A stretch of DNA of 64,000 nt from assembly GCA_964016885.1 (NCBI GenBank), contig OZ024741.1:121768001-121832000 (forward strand). Direction: 5' to 3'. The notes under the pieces were generated by a model, which did not search any database, was not told the origin of the DNA, and saw only the letters and a program-made list of their open reading frames with translations. Shown here one piece after another: positions 37,730 to 51,572 of the stretch. The stretch is from Eledone cirrhosa. Taxonomy: Eukaryota. Both the position numbers and the translations under genes were made by a program. The number at the start of each line of letters is the position of its first letter. The stretch's first letter is position 1.

Positions 37730-40700
37730 TATGGGTTAGAGTATGTGACCCTAGTAAGTGTGTATGCTCCAGCTATGAATTCTGTTGATGAAGAAAAAGT
37801 ATCTTTCAACCATGCTTTGAGAGATGTTATTAGAAATATCCCTCAGGCAGACAATGTCAGCATGTTGGGTGACTTTAATGCTAGAGTGGGTAGGGATTTT
37901 AACACACGGACTGTAACCGGAAGGCATGGGATGGGAAAGTGTAATAGGAATGGTATACTTCTGCTGCAGATGTGTGATGAGCTGGATCTGTGTCTTACCA
38001 ATACCATGTTTCAGCGTAAGAATAAGTATAAGACCACATGGATGCACCCTGCATCTAAAGAATGGCATCTTCTGGACTACATCCTTGTCAGGGTGCGTGA
38101 CAGAGAAGATGTGCAATGTGTTCGTGTTCTTTGTGGGGCTGAGTGTTGGACGGACCACCGCCTGGTAGGTGCAAAAGTGAAGTTAATTATAAAACGTAAA
38201 ATCCGAGTTGCTGGAGTAACCCTGCCTAAAAGACTGAATGTTGTTTGTCTTAGGGATAATAGTGTGAAGAGGACATTGCGAGAAGAAATAATGTTTCAGA
38301 TATTGGTGAGGATTGGCCGACTCTTAAACAGTCGGTTTACGATGTAGGCAGCCGTGTTCTGGGATTAGTACAAAGAAAGCATCAAGACTAATTTAAAGAA
38401 AATATGAACATATAGATGAATTGTTGGCTAAGAGGCGTGCTCTGTCACGCTACTTGGCACCAAAGCCACAGGAGAAGAATATGTTGCATAAGGAACTCAA
38501 GGATGGGAAATCACGTGTGAGGCGTAGGCTCTCTCAGATGAAGGATAAGTGGTGGAGTGAGAAGGGTGATGAGATACAAGCTGCGTCAGATTCCAATTAC
38601 ACAAAGCTGTTGCACAATCTCTTGCGGGAAGTTTATGGACCGTCTTCTTTTCTGGTGTCACCACTTCACAGCAGGGCTCGCAAGGAACTTCTTGACTCAC
38701 AGGGAATTCTGCGAAGGTTGCGAGAGCACTTTGATGAACTTTTGAATCAGCTGTCTGTTGTCAATAAAGATTTCCTTTAGTCTAATCCCTAAAAAACCTG
38801 TGAAAGTAGCTCTCGCAGTCCACCGACATTAGAGGAAGTTGCAGTAGCTGTCTCGAAGCTGAACAGTGGAAAGCCTCCAGGTATGGATGGAATATATGCA
38901 GAGCTCTTACAATATGGGGGTGAGAAATCTCTGCGACATCTTCACTCTGTGTTTGGTAGGATATGGGCTAGTAAATCCGTACCTGAGGACTGGAGAGATG
39001 CAGTAATTGTGGTCTTGTAAAAGAATGACTGTGGAAACTATAGGGCTATATCATTGCTTTCTGCGGTAGGAAATATTTTATGTATGGTGCTTCTGGACCG
39101 TATGCTGACACACATTTCAGATTGTGTTCTCCCTGAAAGTCAATCAGGTTTTCGTGCTGGAAGCGGCACAGGAGAAGTGGAACAGGGTTCTGATCTGTAT
39201 CAGGTTTTTGTCGATCTGACAAAAGATTTCGTTACTGTTAACAGAAATGCATTCTGGAAGGTTCTCCAGAAACTTGGTTGCCCTGATAAGTTCCTTGCTT
39301 TGGTTAGGTCTTTCCATGATGACATGAAGGCTTGGATTAATGTCAGAGGTAACATGTCAGAGCCTACCTTTGAAAAATGGAGTGAAACGGGGGAATATTC
39401 CAGCACCGACCATATTTGTCATATGCTTTGCAATGGTTTTCTATATTGCATTCAGGAATTGCAAGCATGATGTTTACATCTACTATCGAACCTCTGGCAG
39501 CATATTTAACATCGCTTTGTTGCAAAAACAAAAGCGTTTACCTCTATCATAAGAGACCTTTTGTATGCAGATGATTGCGATCTTGTAGCGCACACAGAGA
39601 TTGAATACACAGAGATTAGAAAACATTTTATGATGTTTGCACTGCCCTAGGATTGACTGTCAGTCTCAAGAAAACTGTAGTCATGTACAAACCTGCCTCT
39701 GGTAAGCAGTACAATGAACCAAATATCTATGTGTATGGTAAACGACTTGGAGTGGTTGATCAGTTTTTCTATCAGAGAAGCACTGTCAATCGATACAGCA
39801 ATCTTGATAGTGAAATTCCACACAGGATTAGGAAAACAAGTGATGCTTTTGGAAAGCTAGAAAGATGCCTCTGGGGTCGGCGAGACATGTGCAAGAGGAC
39901 AAAGGTAAAGATGTACAAGGCATGTGTGCTGTCTTCTCTTCTTTATGCCTGCGAGACCTGGGTCACATATCGACACCACCTGAAACAGTTGGAACGTTTC
40001 CATCAGATGTGTCTCAGTCGGATCCATGGCGTTCATTGGAGGGAAGACATCAGTGATGTCGAGAATTTGGAAAGCTCTCTGTGTGAAAGCATAGAAGTTC
40101 TTGTACTTAAGCAAAGACTCCGATGGAGTGGTCACTTTACCAGCAAGAAGGATTCTAGAATATCAAAACAACTCTCAAATGGAGAGTTAGTTAAAGGATG
40201 ACGACCTCCACATAAATAAAAACAGAGGTATAAGGAGTCGTTGAAACCCTCTTTGAAAGAAGCTAACATCTCTGCTGATACATGGGAAAGCGTAGCTGCT
40301 AATCGTAATAAATGGAGAAAGACTGTACACGAGTTGAAAGTTGCTTTTGAAGCATCTCGAATCGTATACGAGAAAGCAAAAAGGGATACCAAGAAAGGCA
40401 TTGCTGTTACATTTCCAGACATCAAAGGTCCTTCCATGGCGCTGACATGCAGTGTCCGTGCAAGACTTTGCCTCAGCAAAGCTGGACTCGAAAATCCTCT
40501 TCGCAGTCATAAAATAAGACCAGTGGTTGACTACTAGGCTGCTGTCGAAGATGCTATTCATCATACCTGCCAAGCATGGGGAAAAGAGTGTAGATCAGCA
40601 GGGGGGCTCAAACGACATGCAAAAGTACTTGAATACCAACCACAGTCGGCTTTTACCGGTGAATGTTTTTATCATGGTTGCCAACTCTGTGCAAGATATT

Positions 40701-40750
40701 TTAGATCATTGGCTGGGTTAAAAAGCCACATTCGATCGCAGCACCATTAA
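37730..40750 (+). mobile_element. Near full-length decayed RTE (BovB-like) LINE with APE and RT
   Basis: VSVYAP, LGDFNARVG, TWMHP..K.WHLLDY and TDH (APE); PESQSGFR, LYACETW and RLRWSGH (RT). Many stops and frameshifts. Confidence 0.92.
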
Positions 40751-40756
40751 TTATTA

Positions 40757-40838
<82 letters not shown>

Positions 40839-41556
40839 ATCGTGCAATGTCCATAATCGATAACGAGAGGGCAGCCATCATCATGTATGTATATATGTAT
40901 GTAATTATAGTTAAAAAGTGAAGGTGAAAATGCACAGAAGTATGTTTAAAGATTATTGTTTCTTTAATGTGACAGAATGAATAATTTAGTTATACAACCG
41001 GTTATCAAATATTAAATGTTTTTTCATGTGTTCCGTGAGCACTTTGAACAAATGTGAATTTTCTATCAAAATGTTTTCTTATATATATGTTCTTCATGAA
41101 GGTGTGGTGGTGGAGTTGGAAGTGGTGTTCAACAAGTCAAAATTCAATTGAATTCACTTGGCTAAAAATAGGAAATGCTCTTACTATTCATATTAATGGT
41201 CCTGATGGCATTTTTGATCTGTGTTTAGCTTAGTTGTTACGTAGTAACTTCCGGATGATAAGCAGGTCCTAGCAACCCGAAGCATATACGTCAGTAGTTT
41301 ATCCCAGGTAGGTGATATTGAGTGACGGAGTATTCATTTATCAAAAATTGGTAATTAAAACGGGATTAAATCACCATAATTGTTTATTGTATTATATATA
41401 TTTCTGTTACGCAATCATTGGTGCAGTTATGCAAACATTGTGATATGGTGGTGGCCATACACGTCTTTCTGAACAACTTCAATACTGGACAGACGTGCAT
41501 GGCCACCGGCATATCATAATGATTGTATGATTGCGTATATATATACGCAATCATTC

Positions 41557-41599
<43 letters not shown>

Positions 41600-41624
41600 G
41601 GTATATATATATATATACTAGTAC

Positions 41625-41752
41625 GGTCCTTGCCATTCTGAGTTCAAATCCCGCCGAAGTTAACTTTGCCTTTCATCCTTATGGGGTCGATAAAATAAAG
41701 TACCAGTAATGCTCTGGTAAATTGCTGGCCTTGTTCCAAAAGTGGATACAAT
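41625..41752 (+). mobile_element. SINE family A, 5'-truncated
   Basis: B box, core and tail match the family. Confidence 0.8.
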
Positions 41753-41928
41753 TATTTGATATATATATATATACGGCCATACACACGTACGTACATACAT
41801 GCATACGTACCGTACATACATATATACATTTATACACAGGTACAAACATACATATGTACATGCATACGTTCACACAGACGTACATACTTATATATGTATT
41901 TAATGTAATATCTTGTCAATTTCGCCAG

Positions 41929-41987
41929 ATGTGGAATTTACAGAAAAAGTATAGAACATATAAATCTTATGTAAGAGAAGCAAAAAG
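41929..41987 (+). CDS. Putative internal exon (MWNLQKKYRTYKSYVREAK)
   Basis: ttcgccAG acceptor and AAAAG|GTAATT donor. Phase 0 in matches 36830; phase 2 out. Confidence 0.55.
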
Positions 41988-42045
41988 GTAATTTACATTA
42001 TTTCAATCCGAGTGTAAGCAAATTTTTTAATATATTATTGTATAA

Positions 42046-43023
42046 CACTACTATTATAGCTGCATATGTAATGGCTTATTTCTCCGTAGCTACGTAGTTC
42101 TAGGATATATAGGTGCTATCAGTTGGTGCTATATATATGTTTATATATATATATATAAACAAGTATGACCCCGGCGGCAGAGCTCAAGCCGTAGGGACGG
42201 CAATTTCTGGACAGAAATAGCACTCGATATGCAAATTAGGCTGCTCAGCCGTTAATATGCATAAGGAAAGTATATACTTTCAGACGTTCAACAATCTGGC
42301 AGGAAGGTATACAGTGCTGACGATAGCTAATAAGCTTGAAACTAGTACATCGTTCCTTTGTCAGTGTTGAACAAAAGGGCAACGATGGTTGCTAGACACT
42401 ACGGCTTAATTCGGGATGTTTGTTTACAAACAAACCGAGCATTATAATAAATGTTCGGTAAATCCATACGTACATATATATATGTGTGCATGTATGTATA
42501 TATGTGCATACTACTGTACATCTGTATACATATAAGTATGTACGTATACACACTTATATTTAAGTAACAGCCGTACTAAGAGTGAGAAAGGAAATTTCGT
42601 TTCATTTTTTCCATTTATATATATATAGTGGTAGAACACTGGAAGGTAATATCCGTAGTGGTAGAGCACTCAGTCCATGGGACGAGTTAGGTAGAAGTGG
42701 TTACACAACAGTTAGTTGACCATACTGAGAACAGTTGTTTCACCTTAGGGGATCCTCAGCTCGTAGTGGGCAGGCTTATACGGAATAGCGTATAACCATG
42801 CCCATTACGAGCTGAGGATCCTCTAAGGTGAAACAATTGTTCTCGGGATGATGAACTAACTGTTGTGTAACCACCTCTCTATATATATATATAACTTTGA
42901 TAGCTTTGATAGGTTTTGGCCAGTATAGCCGCAGGCGATGTCTAACCTGATAGCACCAATATATCCTAGAACTACCTAGCTACAGAGAAAAAGGTCCTTA
43001 AATATGCAGCTATAATAGTAGTG
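42046..43023. mobile_element. MITE-like element with imperfect TIRs of about 80 bp beginning CACTA, containing nested inserts
   Basis: CACTACTATTATAGCTGCATAT...GTGCTATCAG (42046-42122) versus CTGATAGCAC...ATATGCAGCTATAATAGTAGTG (42947-43023). Confidence 0.65.
42808..42845 (+). ncRNA. Minimal hammerhead ribozyme (mirror copy on the minus strand at about 42726-42763)
   Basis: CGAG-CTGAGGA-T-CCT(cta)AGG-T-GAAA-CAATTG-TT-CTCG. Confidence 0.7.
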
Positions 43024-43317
43024 TATTATAAAATAATACAAAGCTATTTTGAATTGATATTATCTAAAACCTTTCATCATAATTTTATGTAAGAACATTT
43101 GTTAAACTATGTTCCAAATATCAGTTTAATAACAAGAAATTTAGTTATATTGCTTAGTCTATCCAAATTCCTTATTATTTTCAAAATGATTTGAAAATCC
43201 TAGATATTAACTTTCATTAACAACATGCTAACGAAACTTAAAAAGCTTGCTGTTCTACTGTGTAAGAACTCAATAGCCAAATGTGGTGTTAAAGATAATT
43301 CCTTAATTTGCTTTTAG

Positions 43318-43351
43318 ATTTTCGAGTGCAGATGAAATGGCTATGGCTATG
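43318..43351 (+). CDS. Putative micro-exon (R-FSSADEMAMAM)
   Basis: tttgcttttAG acceptor and ATG|GTAATT donor. Completes the phase-2 codon from 41987. Confidence 0.5.
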
Positions 43352-43695
43352 GTAATTAATGGTCTAATCAGAAAAAAGGGTAACATTGAATATATTCCTT
43401 TTAAATATTTTAGTATTCTTAGCGTCATTTTATAACTTAGTCGAGAGTGGAAGTGCAGTTTCCGCCTATCAAATGTCATTCAATAGGGATTGGTCAAACC
43501 AAGTATATAGTAGAAACCACTTTTATGATTTTACTAGTTTCTATCATTATACTGTGGCCATGCAGTGGCATTATTCTTTTCAGTTGATCATATCGTCCCC
43601 AGTAATTAGTTCAATGATTTCGTTTTTGTCTTATCGCTAGGTTACAGGACATAAACACACACACATACACATCTATGTACATATATGTACATATG

Positions 43696-43787
<92 letters not shown>

Positions 43788-44544
43788 ATATATGCGTTGT
43801 CTCCCAAATTCCACTCACTAGGCATTGGTTAACGTCAGACTATAGTAAAAGACAATTGCCCAAAGTGGCAAATAGCGGAAATGAACACACTAAGAATTTC
43901 ACTGAGTACCTCTATCTATTCTTACAAGGTAATTGATGCCACCAAAAATGTATTCCAACACTTTAGCAAGCTGGAAGATAAAGGAAAATAGGGAGCTATG
44001 AAAACTACGTTCTGATTGGCAAAATGGTACAGAAATCTAAATGAACAGTAAAGAACAGCAGGACTAGCAGAAAGCATTTGGTTGTATACCCAATGGATGG
44101 CATTTCAGAACTTTATACTTGCATGGGATAAATATTGACTACATCAAAGAGCAATCAAATCTCATCACTCATTATTCGACAGACGTTGGAAAAAAAGTTG
44201 ATAAGCTAAAATGTGCATTTCTGGTGGGAGAACTCGGGAAACTTACATCCTGCCTTCAAAACTAAACATGAACGACTTCACGATGCAGTACTTACATTAA
44301 GGCGTGAACTAAAATTATCTTGAAAAGAATGAAAATAATATCAGGTATGATCGAACCATTAATAACGAAAGAGAAAAATATTATTCTCCCTGAAAAGTAA
44401 AATAATAGTGATAATTAGAAGTCTTAGCATACAACCAGCATATCGCTCACAGCACATTTGCAATGCTTATCTGTAATTGGACCCCTATATCAATAAGCCC
44501 CATATTTTGCCCTCTGAATTAATCATTACAAGAACTTAGTGAAT

Positions 44545-44855
44545 GCGCACGATTTAGTTGTTAGGGTGATTGGCTCACAATTGTAAAGGCGTGAATTTGA
44601 TTCCCGGCGAAATGAATATCATTCAGGAAAACACATTATTTCCTACTGTCCCAATCCACTCAGCTGGCAAACATTGGTTGTGCCTGTAATTCAAAGGGCC
44701 AGCCATTATCACACACTGGATCTCCTCGGGTCGTTCTGAACTACGTTAAGGATACACGTGTCTATGGAGTTCTCAAACACTTGTACGTCAATTTCATGAG
44801 CAAGTCAAACCCTGTAGAGGTCCAACACAAGAACTTAGTGGCATGGAAGTAAAGG
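44545..44855 (+). mobile_element. Older tRNA-derived SINE, family B; related copies at about 12300-12500, 53900-54017 and 62650-62880 (minus)
   Basis: A/B-box-like head followed by the shared body CCAATCCACTCAGCT...CCTGTAATTCAAAGGGCCAGCC...ACTACGTTAAGG.TACACGTG. Confidence 0.6.
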
Positions 44856-45159
44856 TGGGGAATGGGGTCAGTGTTTTCACACCATCCCATATATTTGAAA
44901 GCCAGGTAGAATGATCCACTACGAGACGTTCCAGGGTTTTGAATCAATTCCTTCATTCTTCAAGTTTTTCTATGCATCCTTGAACCTTTTCATTGGCTTA
45001 TACTGTTTCTTTTTTCCTGAACAAGTTCATTATGGAAGTTTATTAAGGCTGGTGAAACATGGAAAACACTGTACCCACAACAACTGGCAATACAAAAAAA
45101 TGAAAAAACCCTGGGAAACTAAATCGGAACAACCTGCCATCCCCTGCACATAATCATAG

Positions 45160-47847
45160 ACTGGAATCAAGGTACAAATTGTTGTCCTTGAATGCACGTA
45201 GTCTATGCAATAAGATACATCTTTTTGACTCCTACGTCAAAAATATCGACCCTGACTTCATTACAGTCACGGAAACATGGGCACATTCCTTACTCTGTGA
45301 TGGGGTTTTCAGCATAACTAGCTACAACTTGTTTCGTAAAGACCGCATTAATCGTGGTGGTGGTGGTGTAATGGTCTACGCTCGGTCAAATTTTTCAGCA
45401 ATTCTTTGTGTTGATTTAACCCAATCGCAGCAAGAGGTGTTTTTCTGCGATATACGTATGACCATGTCAACACTGCTACTTGGAGTCGTTTATCGTCCCC
45501 CAAATTACCATCAGTAATTGTGATACCCTCAGCTGCTGCTGCCAGGAAAACAGCCACTTATGTTTTTATTGCAGGGGTCTTCAATTACCCTGGGATTGAC
45601 TGGGAAACATTTTGTTGGCCGCAAAGTGCAAATGCTTTCCTTGAGCTAGTGCTGGACTCGAGCTGGTCACAAGTAGTCACCTCCCCAACAAGAGGTGACA
45701 ACACTTTGGATGTGCTCTTCACCACTACTCCTGAAACGGTTATTAGTGTTACTACAGAGGAACCTTTCGGTGACTCTGATCATTCTATGATCATTGCCAA
45801 TCTATCCCTCATGGGCAGTAACAAAAGCCACAACCATCTCCAAACTGCTCACTTTGAGTGGAATAAAGCAGATTGGAACTGTTACTGCACCGAGCTGCAA
45901 CGCCCAAACTGGCTTGAGTTTTACGACTGTGGAGATGTCAACACTGTACTCCAGAACATCTTGAACTCAATATGGAAAGCATGTACAGCAACCAGCCCTG
46001 ACAGTAAGGTGTTCTGGAAGTATGTTCACTCAAAGCAGACGCCTCACTCTCCAGTTGGTCCTCTTCGCAATCACCACACAAGCCAGGATACTCACGACCC
46101 CAAAGGATGCGCAGAACTCATTGCTGAATGCTATGCACGCATTTTCACTATTGAAGACCAGAGTCTACTGTCTCCACCACCTCTGACATCGGAATTTACA
46201 CCTGCAATGCTGCGACGTCACCTTAAAAACAAACGCAACCATGCTTCTCCCGGTCTTGATGGTGTTACGTACCTGCTTCTCAAACGTGGTGGGTACCTCC
46301 TTCTGCACCAGCTATCACGCTTCTTCCAATTCTGTCTGAACAACGGTGCTACTCCAGAACAGTGGAAAACTGCCAGTGTCATTCCTCTGTTCAAAAAGGG
46401 TGACCGCACATCACCTGTGAACTATCGTCCAGTCAGTCTTACTAGCTGCATTGCCAAACTGATGGAATCATGTGTACGAGAAACGCTTTGGAACTACTGG
46501 AACTCTCACAGTCTTATCCGGCCCTCGCAATTTGGATTTATCCCTAACTCCAGCTGTTGTGATACACTTATCGAGTTTCTTGAACACATCACTCAGATCA
46601 CTGATGGTGGCTCATGGGTGGATGTTGTTTACCTTGACTTTGTTAAAGCTTTCAATTCTGTGCCACACAAAAGACTTATGGCAAAACTCTCTGCAATGGG
46701 TGTGAAGGATGATCTTTTTAACTGGTTGAAGTCCTTCATTCTCAGTCGAAAAGAAGTAGTCACGGTTCTAGGACAGCATTCCTCACCATATGAGATGTCA
46801 TCTGGTGTACCACAGGGACCTGTTCTTGGCCCCCTTTTGTTTGTGGCATATATTAATGACATAGATGCCAACTTAAAGAATGCCACAGTACTGAAATATG
46901 CAGATGACATCAAGCTGTACCTTGAGATAAAAAGAACAGATCCTGAACGCTAAAGATCTTGCCTGCAATCTCAGCTGGACAGAATGCAACAATGGAACAC
47001 GGACTGGCAACTCAAGCTGGCTGTGGACAAGTGTACCACCATGCATTTTGGGAGTAAAAATCCAGCGTCCACATAATCCCTCCACAACACTAATATCAAG
47101 AAGTCTTGTTGTGAACGTGACCTGGGCATTACTGTCAGCAGCAATTTGCGTTGGACGAAGCACGTCTCTAAAATTGTCAAGAAGGCCGAGGGTGTCTTAG
47201 CATCACTCAGCAAGACCTTTGTCAGCCGCTATCTAGCTATCTATTTAAAGCTGTATATAGCTATGTTGCGGCCACACTTAGAATTTCCATCACCAGTCTG
47301 GAACCCCTATCTTGCTCAGAACATTGACCGCCTAGAAACTGTTCAGAGACGTGTAACCAAGCGAATACTCCCCATCAGGCATCTGTCATACTCTGAATGC
47401 CTTACTTCCCTGGGAATGGATACATTGAAGCTCCGATTCTGGCAACTGACTTGGTAAACACCCTCAAAACTATTAACCATCTTGCCAACAACAACCCTGA
47501 GTACATTTTTAATTTCCATGTGTCTAACACACGTGGGCATGCCAACAAAGTCAAAAAACAGCACAGCTACCATGATTTTCGGAAACATTTTTTCACGTTC
47601 AGAGTTGCTGAAGCATGGAACAAACTACCTGCATCAGTTGTTAGCTGCCAAGACACTGCATCCTTTAAAATCTCCATGCTTCCTGAGATTCGCCAACACT
47701 ACACCTAATATTCTCCCTCCATACACACGCGCACATGTATATCATGACTCATACACTATTTACTTCCCTGACATTTATACATTATTCTATGTACTATACA
47801 TGCACCTTTGATGAGTTGTAGTGCACCTGAGCACTGTACACAATCAT
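45160..47847 (+). mobile_element. CR1/L2-type LINE ORF2 (APE plus RT), disrupted, with an (ATT)n tail
   Basis: LNARSL.NK, VTETW, YRPP, SDH, NYRPVSLTS, YLDF.KAF, SGVPQG.VLGPLLF, YADD and RPHLE. ATTATTATT tail at about 47852. Confidence 0.92.
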
Positions 47848-47869
47848 TTCATTATTATTATTATTATCA

Positions 47870-49830
47870 TGAAACAGTTGCTTAAGGATACGCTCATCAG
47901 CCATGCAGACAGTATGCCCAAACCAATACAGGTAGCTTTTCAGAATTATTGCCTGGATAGAACAAGTACCAGATTAAGCTAGAACATCAGAGTCAGAAGT
48001 GAATAAATTCCATCTTATTTTCAGAATACGCCGCAAGCATTTTTGATGGAACTGTTCCAGGAGTTTGAAGGGATATTTGTAACACCTCCATGTTTCAGAG
48101 GATATCACAAAGGATTTATAAACATATATTTTTGTTTCACTGTTGATATGTCTTTGTGATCAGAGCCGAGACTCTACACTTCCAAAAGATTTTGTTGCTT
48201 TTTGAATCCTTGGATATATTTCTGAATCCAATATTTCATCTTTATTTACTGCACTCCAGAGCTATATGAAAGATTCCATAATCTTTCAGATATATTTTAA
48301 GTCGTTGCACGACTTGACCAGATGCAAGATGACACAAAACTACCGTTTACTTTAAATGTATAGCCAAAGACGTCACATGCCAAATCGGGTTAAATATATT
48401 TCTTGTGGTTCGATATCTTACATATACTCTTTCATTGTTGTTTTGGAAAACATGATGGAGCACGACAGCAAAATATATTGGAAAAAGTGAAGGTCTCTCT
48501 GTTTCATACCACTTTCTATTGTAAAAGGCTCTGAGAATGTGTCCCCAAAGTAAACTCCGGCGTTCATATCTGCATGAAGAGCTTTCCATATATTTACAAG
48601 CTTCTGAGGACATCCAAATTTAGACAAAACTAACCATATGGCATTCCTGTTAACAGTATAGAATGCTTTACTAAGATCAACAAAACAATGGCAGAGAGCA
48701 AGGTCCTGTTCGATATATTTTTCCCGCAGATTGTGAAGATCATATCATTAGTATCTCTTTTCGCAGGAAAACTGATACAACTCTTGACAATATGAACTTA
48801 TTAAGCCGTTACAAAAGAACACATGTCAGAACCTTAACGATGACAGACAATAGGGAAATGCCTCTAAAATTGCCACATTGGTCTTTGGCACCGGATTTGA
48901 AAAGAGAGACCAAAATAGTATAATCCAGTCTTGTGGTACTTGCCCCCTTCTTCCAACAATGGGATATTACTATGTGTAAAGCTTCGACCATTTTCACCTC
49001 CATGTTTGAGAACCTCAGCATTAATACGATAGAGATCATTTGATACAGATCTATTGTGATCTAGTTTCTGTACAACAGGGATCAAGTCAATTCTAGTTGG
49101 TTCTGGTACCTGTCGTCTACAATTGGGTAGGTTTCCATTGATTCAATAATATTTATGTTGACATTAGGGGGCCTGTTAAAGAGCTCAGACAATGTTCTGC
49201 CCAACGATTCTGAGTGGAGACAATATCAGCCATCTGCAGTTCTTACAGGAACTATTGAAAGAAAAATTGCCATATTATCCTTGCGATCTACTGTCTCTAG
49301 TGATTACTTGGTTTTGTCTTGCCCCCATTGCTGCTTAATATTTCTCAAAAAATGTTGCACCTTTCGCTTTAGTTGCTTTAGGATTTATTGATCACGAAAC
49401 AAGTTTTTGAGATAGATTTTGTTTGCCCTTGAGTAAGTCACATTTTTCCTGGTTATTATCTGTAACCCAATCATTGGATCAACTCAGTTTCACACGAACT
49501 GATGCAGATGTTGCCTCGAAGACTTTTATTTTAAAATCTTCCAAAGATTTCTCAGGTCAAGTATGATATCTGAAACTTTCCATATTAAGTCTCTTTGGTA
49601 CTTTAGTTTCACTGTGTCTAGCTTTTGTTAGACTGATAGCCGATGATCAGTCCAGCATGCTGCTCTTCACATTGTGCGCAAATTATATACATCTTTTACA
49701 TCACATTTTTATTATCTAAACTATAATCAATGACATGCCTCTCCTTAGGTCTTGGGTGCACCCAAATCGTTTTATATTAATTTTTTTCTGTTGAAAGAAA
49801 GTATTTTTTATTACAAGATGATGTTTAGTG
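47870..49830 (-). mobile_element. Heavily decayed RTE LINE
   Basis: CGNFRGISLLS and KFGCP.K.VN....LH.DM.A in short minus-strand ORFs. Confidence 0.75.
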
Positions 49831-51419
49831 CATGCACACATACATACATACATCATTTGTGTATTAGGGAAGTAGCTGTGTGACTTTCAATCATAAGGTT
49901 TGTGTTCGATTCCCAGCAGTACATTGAGCACGACATTTTATTTCATGCTGTTACTTCTGCCGAGAGTTGCGACCGGTAGATAGAATCAGCAATGGAAAGT
50001 TCAGTGGAAATATTGTTTCCATGGTCCGATTTGACGAGTTCCATCCCACTCGGTAAGCGAATGTCGTCTAGGATTTTGTCGATCAATTTGATCGAATTGC
50101 CTGCATCGTTAGAGTGCTGGATGAAACGCTTCGTAATATTTGGTTATGGTTCTTTAAGGTAGAATAGTAAACAAAGCGGTTGACTTAAGAGGCATTAAGA
50201 AAATTTGGAATTTGAAATGTGTGTATCTGAAAGTCCCGAGGGGTTATTTGCCCGGTCTTCTCAACTATTATATATAATGATCAAACATTGAGACACACAT
50301 TTCAAATTTCAAAATATTTTATTTTTAAGCACTCAATATTTAGCATGGGGATAGTTTTTTGTTTGTTACAAGTTGAATATTTGGTACATGAAGCTTTACG
50401 TAAAACTTAAGGTCACTATTTTTAACAAACTGACATGTTCTATCAGAGTATTCTTTTTGTTGTTTCTTAATCACGAATGTACTGAATGAACTTACTTCCA
50501 TGTGTCAAAGCAGAAATTACTTTTTGTTAGTTGTCAATAGGCGTGGTCTTAGTCTCTTAAAATAGAGTTCATTCTCATGTCGGTTTTTTAGACTTTAGTT
50601 AGTTTGTATTATTAAGAAATGAATAAACATGTAATTTCTCTCCCGGATAGATTTCACTATTTATAGAATTACAAATTACTGACCAGCTGTTATTTTGTTA
50701 CAGAGTAGCCTAATTCACCGTTAAAATCGCAATGCAGTTTCTAATGAAAGATCAGCGATTCATTTCGTCTGTTCATTGTGTAATATCTGACCACAATATG
50801 TTAATTAAAGGACCTTTCATTCCTAAGAATGAACCAAGAAAACCTAAGGTTCTTACAGACAACTATGTTTCCTACGGCTCCTGCTATAACAATACCACGA
50901 AGAACAACAACAGTTGTGTTCGAAAACATTCAACCCACGCACCGATAACAAACAGCATGGGACACTAAGAAAAATACAACATGCATGAAATAATGAAAAT
51001 AATTTTGACCATGAACTATTAACGGCATATTTCTTTAGATAATTTTAGGGGCTTTTATTTATTTTTATATTTGTACATTTCAAATTTTTTTTTCAGTTTA
51101 GATTCTTCCCCTTTATTGCATTTTATTGAAGTTTTGTTCACAGAGAGAGAGAGAAGAAAAGACTTTAGTGAGGTGAAATACATGAGGGTGCTGGTTATCT
51201 GGTACTTCATTTTATCGACTTGAATGTAAAGGGACATAACTAAATGTTGCAATGGTATTTTGTCCGCCAGCTTATGAGATGTCACACAGTGAGATTGAAC
51301 TCAGAACCTTATGATTACAAAGGAAACTTCTTAACCACTCAATCATATCGATGGTTCTCATTTTACTAAAATTGGATTCTGATTTAAACACATGTCCAAC
51401 CATTTTTGAGAAGACAAAA

Positions 51420-51572
51420 GTCGATTAAGTCTGCCCCAGTGTATTACTGGTACTTTATTTTATCAATCCTGTAAGGATGAAAGGCAAAGTTAACCTCTGC
51501 GGAATTTGAACTCAGAACTATGCCGCAAATCATGTTGTCAGACGCTTTAGCGACTCTGCCAATCTATCGCCC
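51420..51572 (-). mobile_element. SINE family A (diverged)
   Basis: Reverse complement of the core and B box. Confidence 0.75.

Noticed and set aside
50200-50340. Short inverted repeat as a distinct structured RNA
   Set aside because: Only about 25-bp AT-rich arms with no ribozyme core; probably another eroded pLTR inversion.
50704-50968. Linking exon between the PH-like and RasGEF exons
   Set aside because: The best acceptor (ttacAG at 50703) gives stops within a few codons in all frames, and the alternative acceptor lacks a convincing donor; left uncalled.
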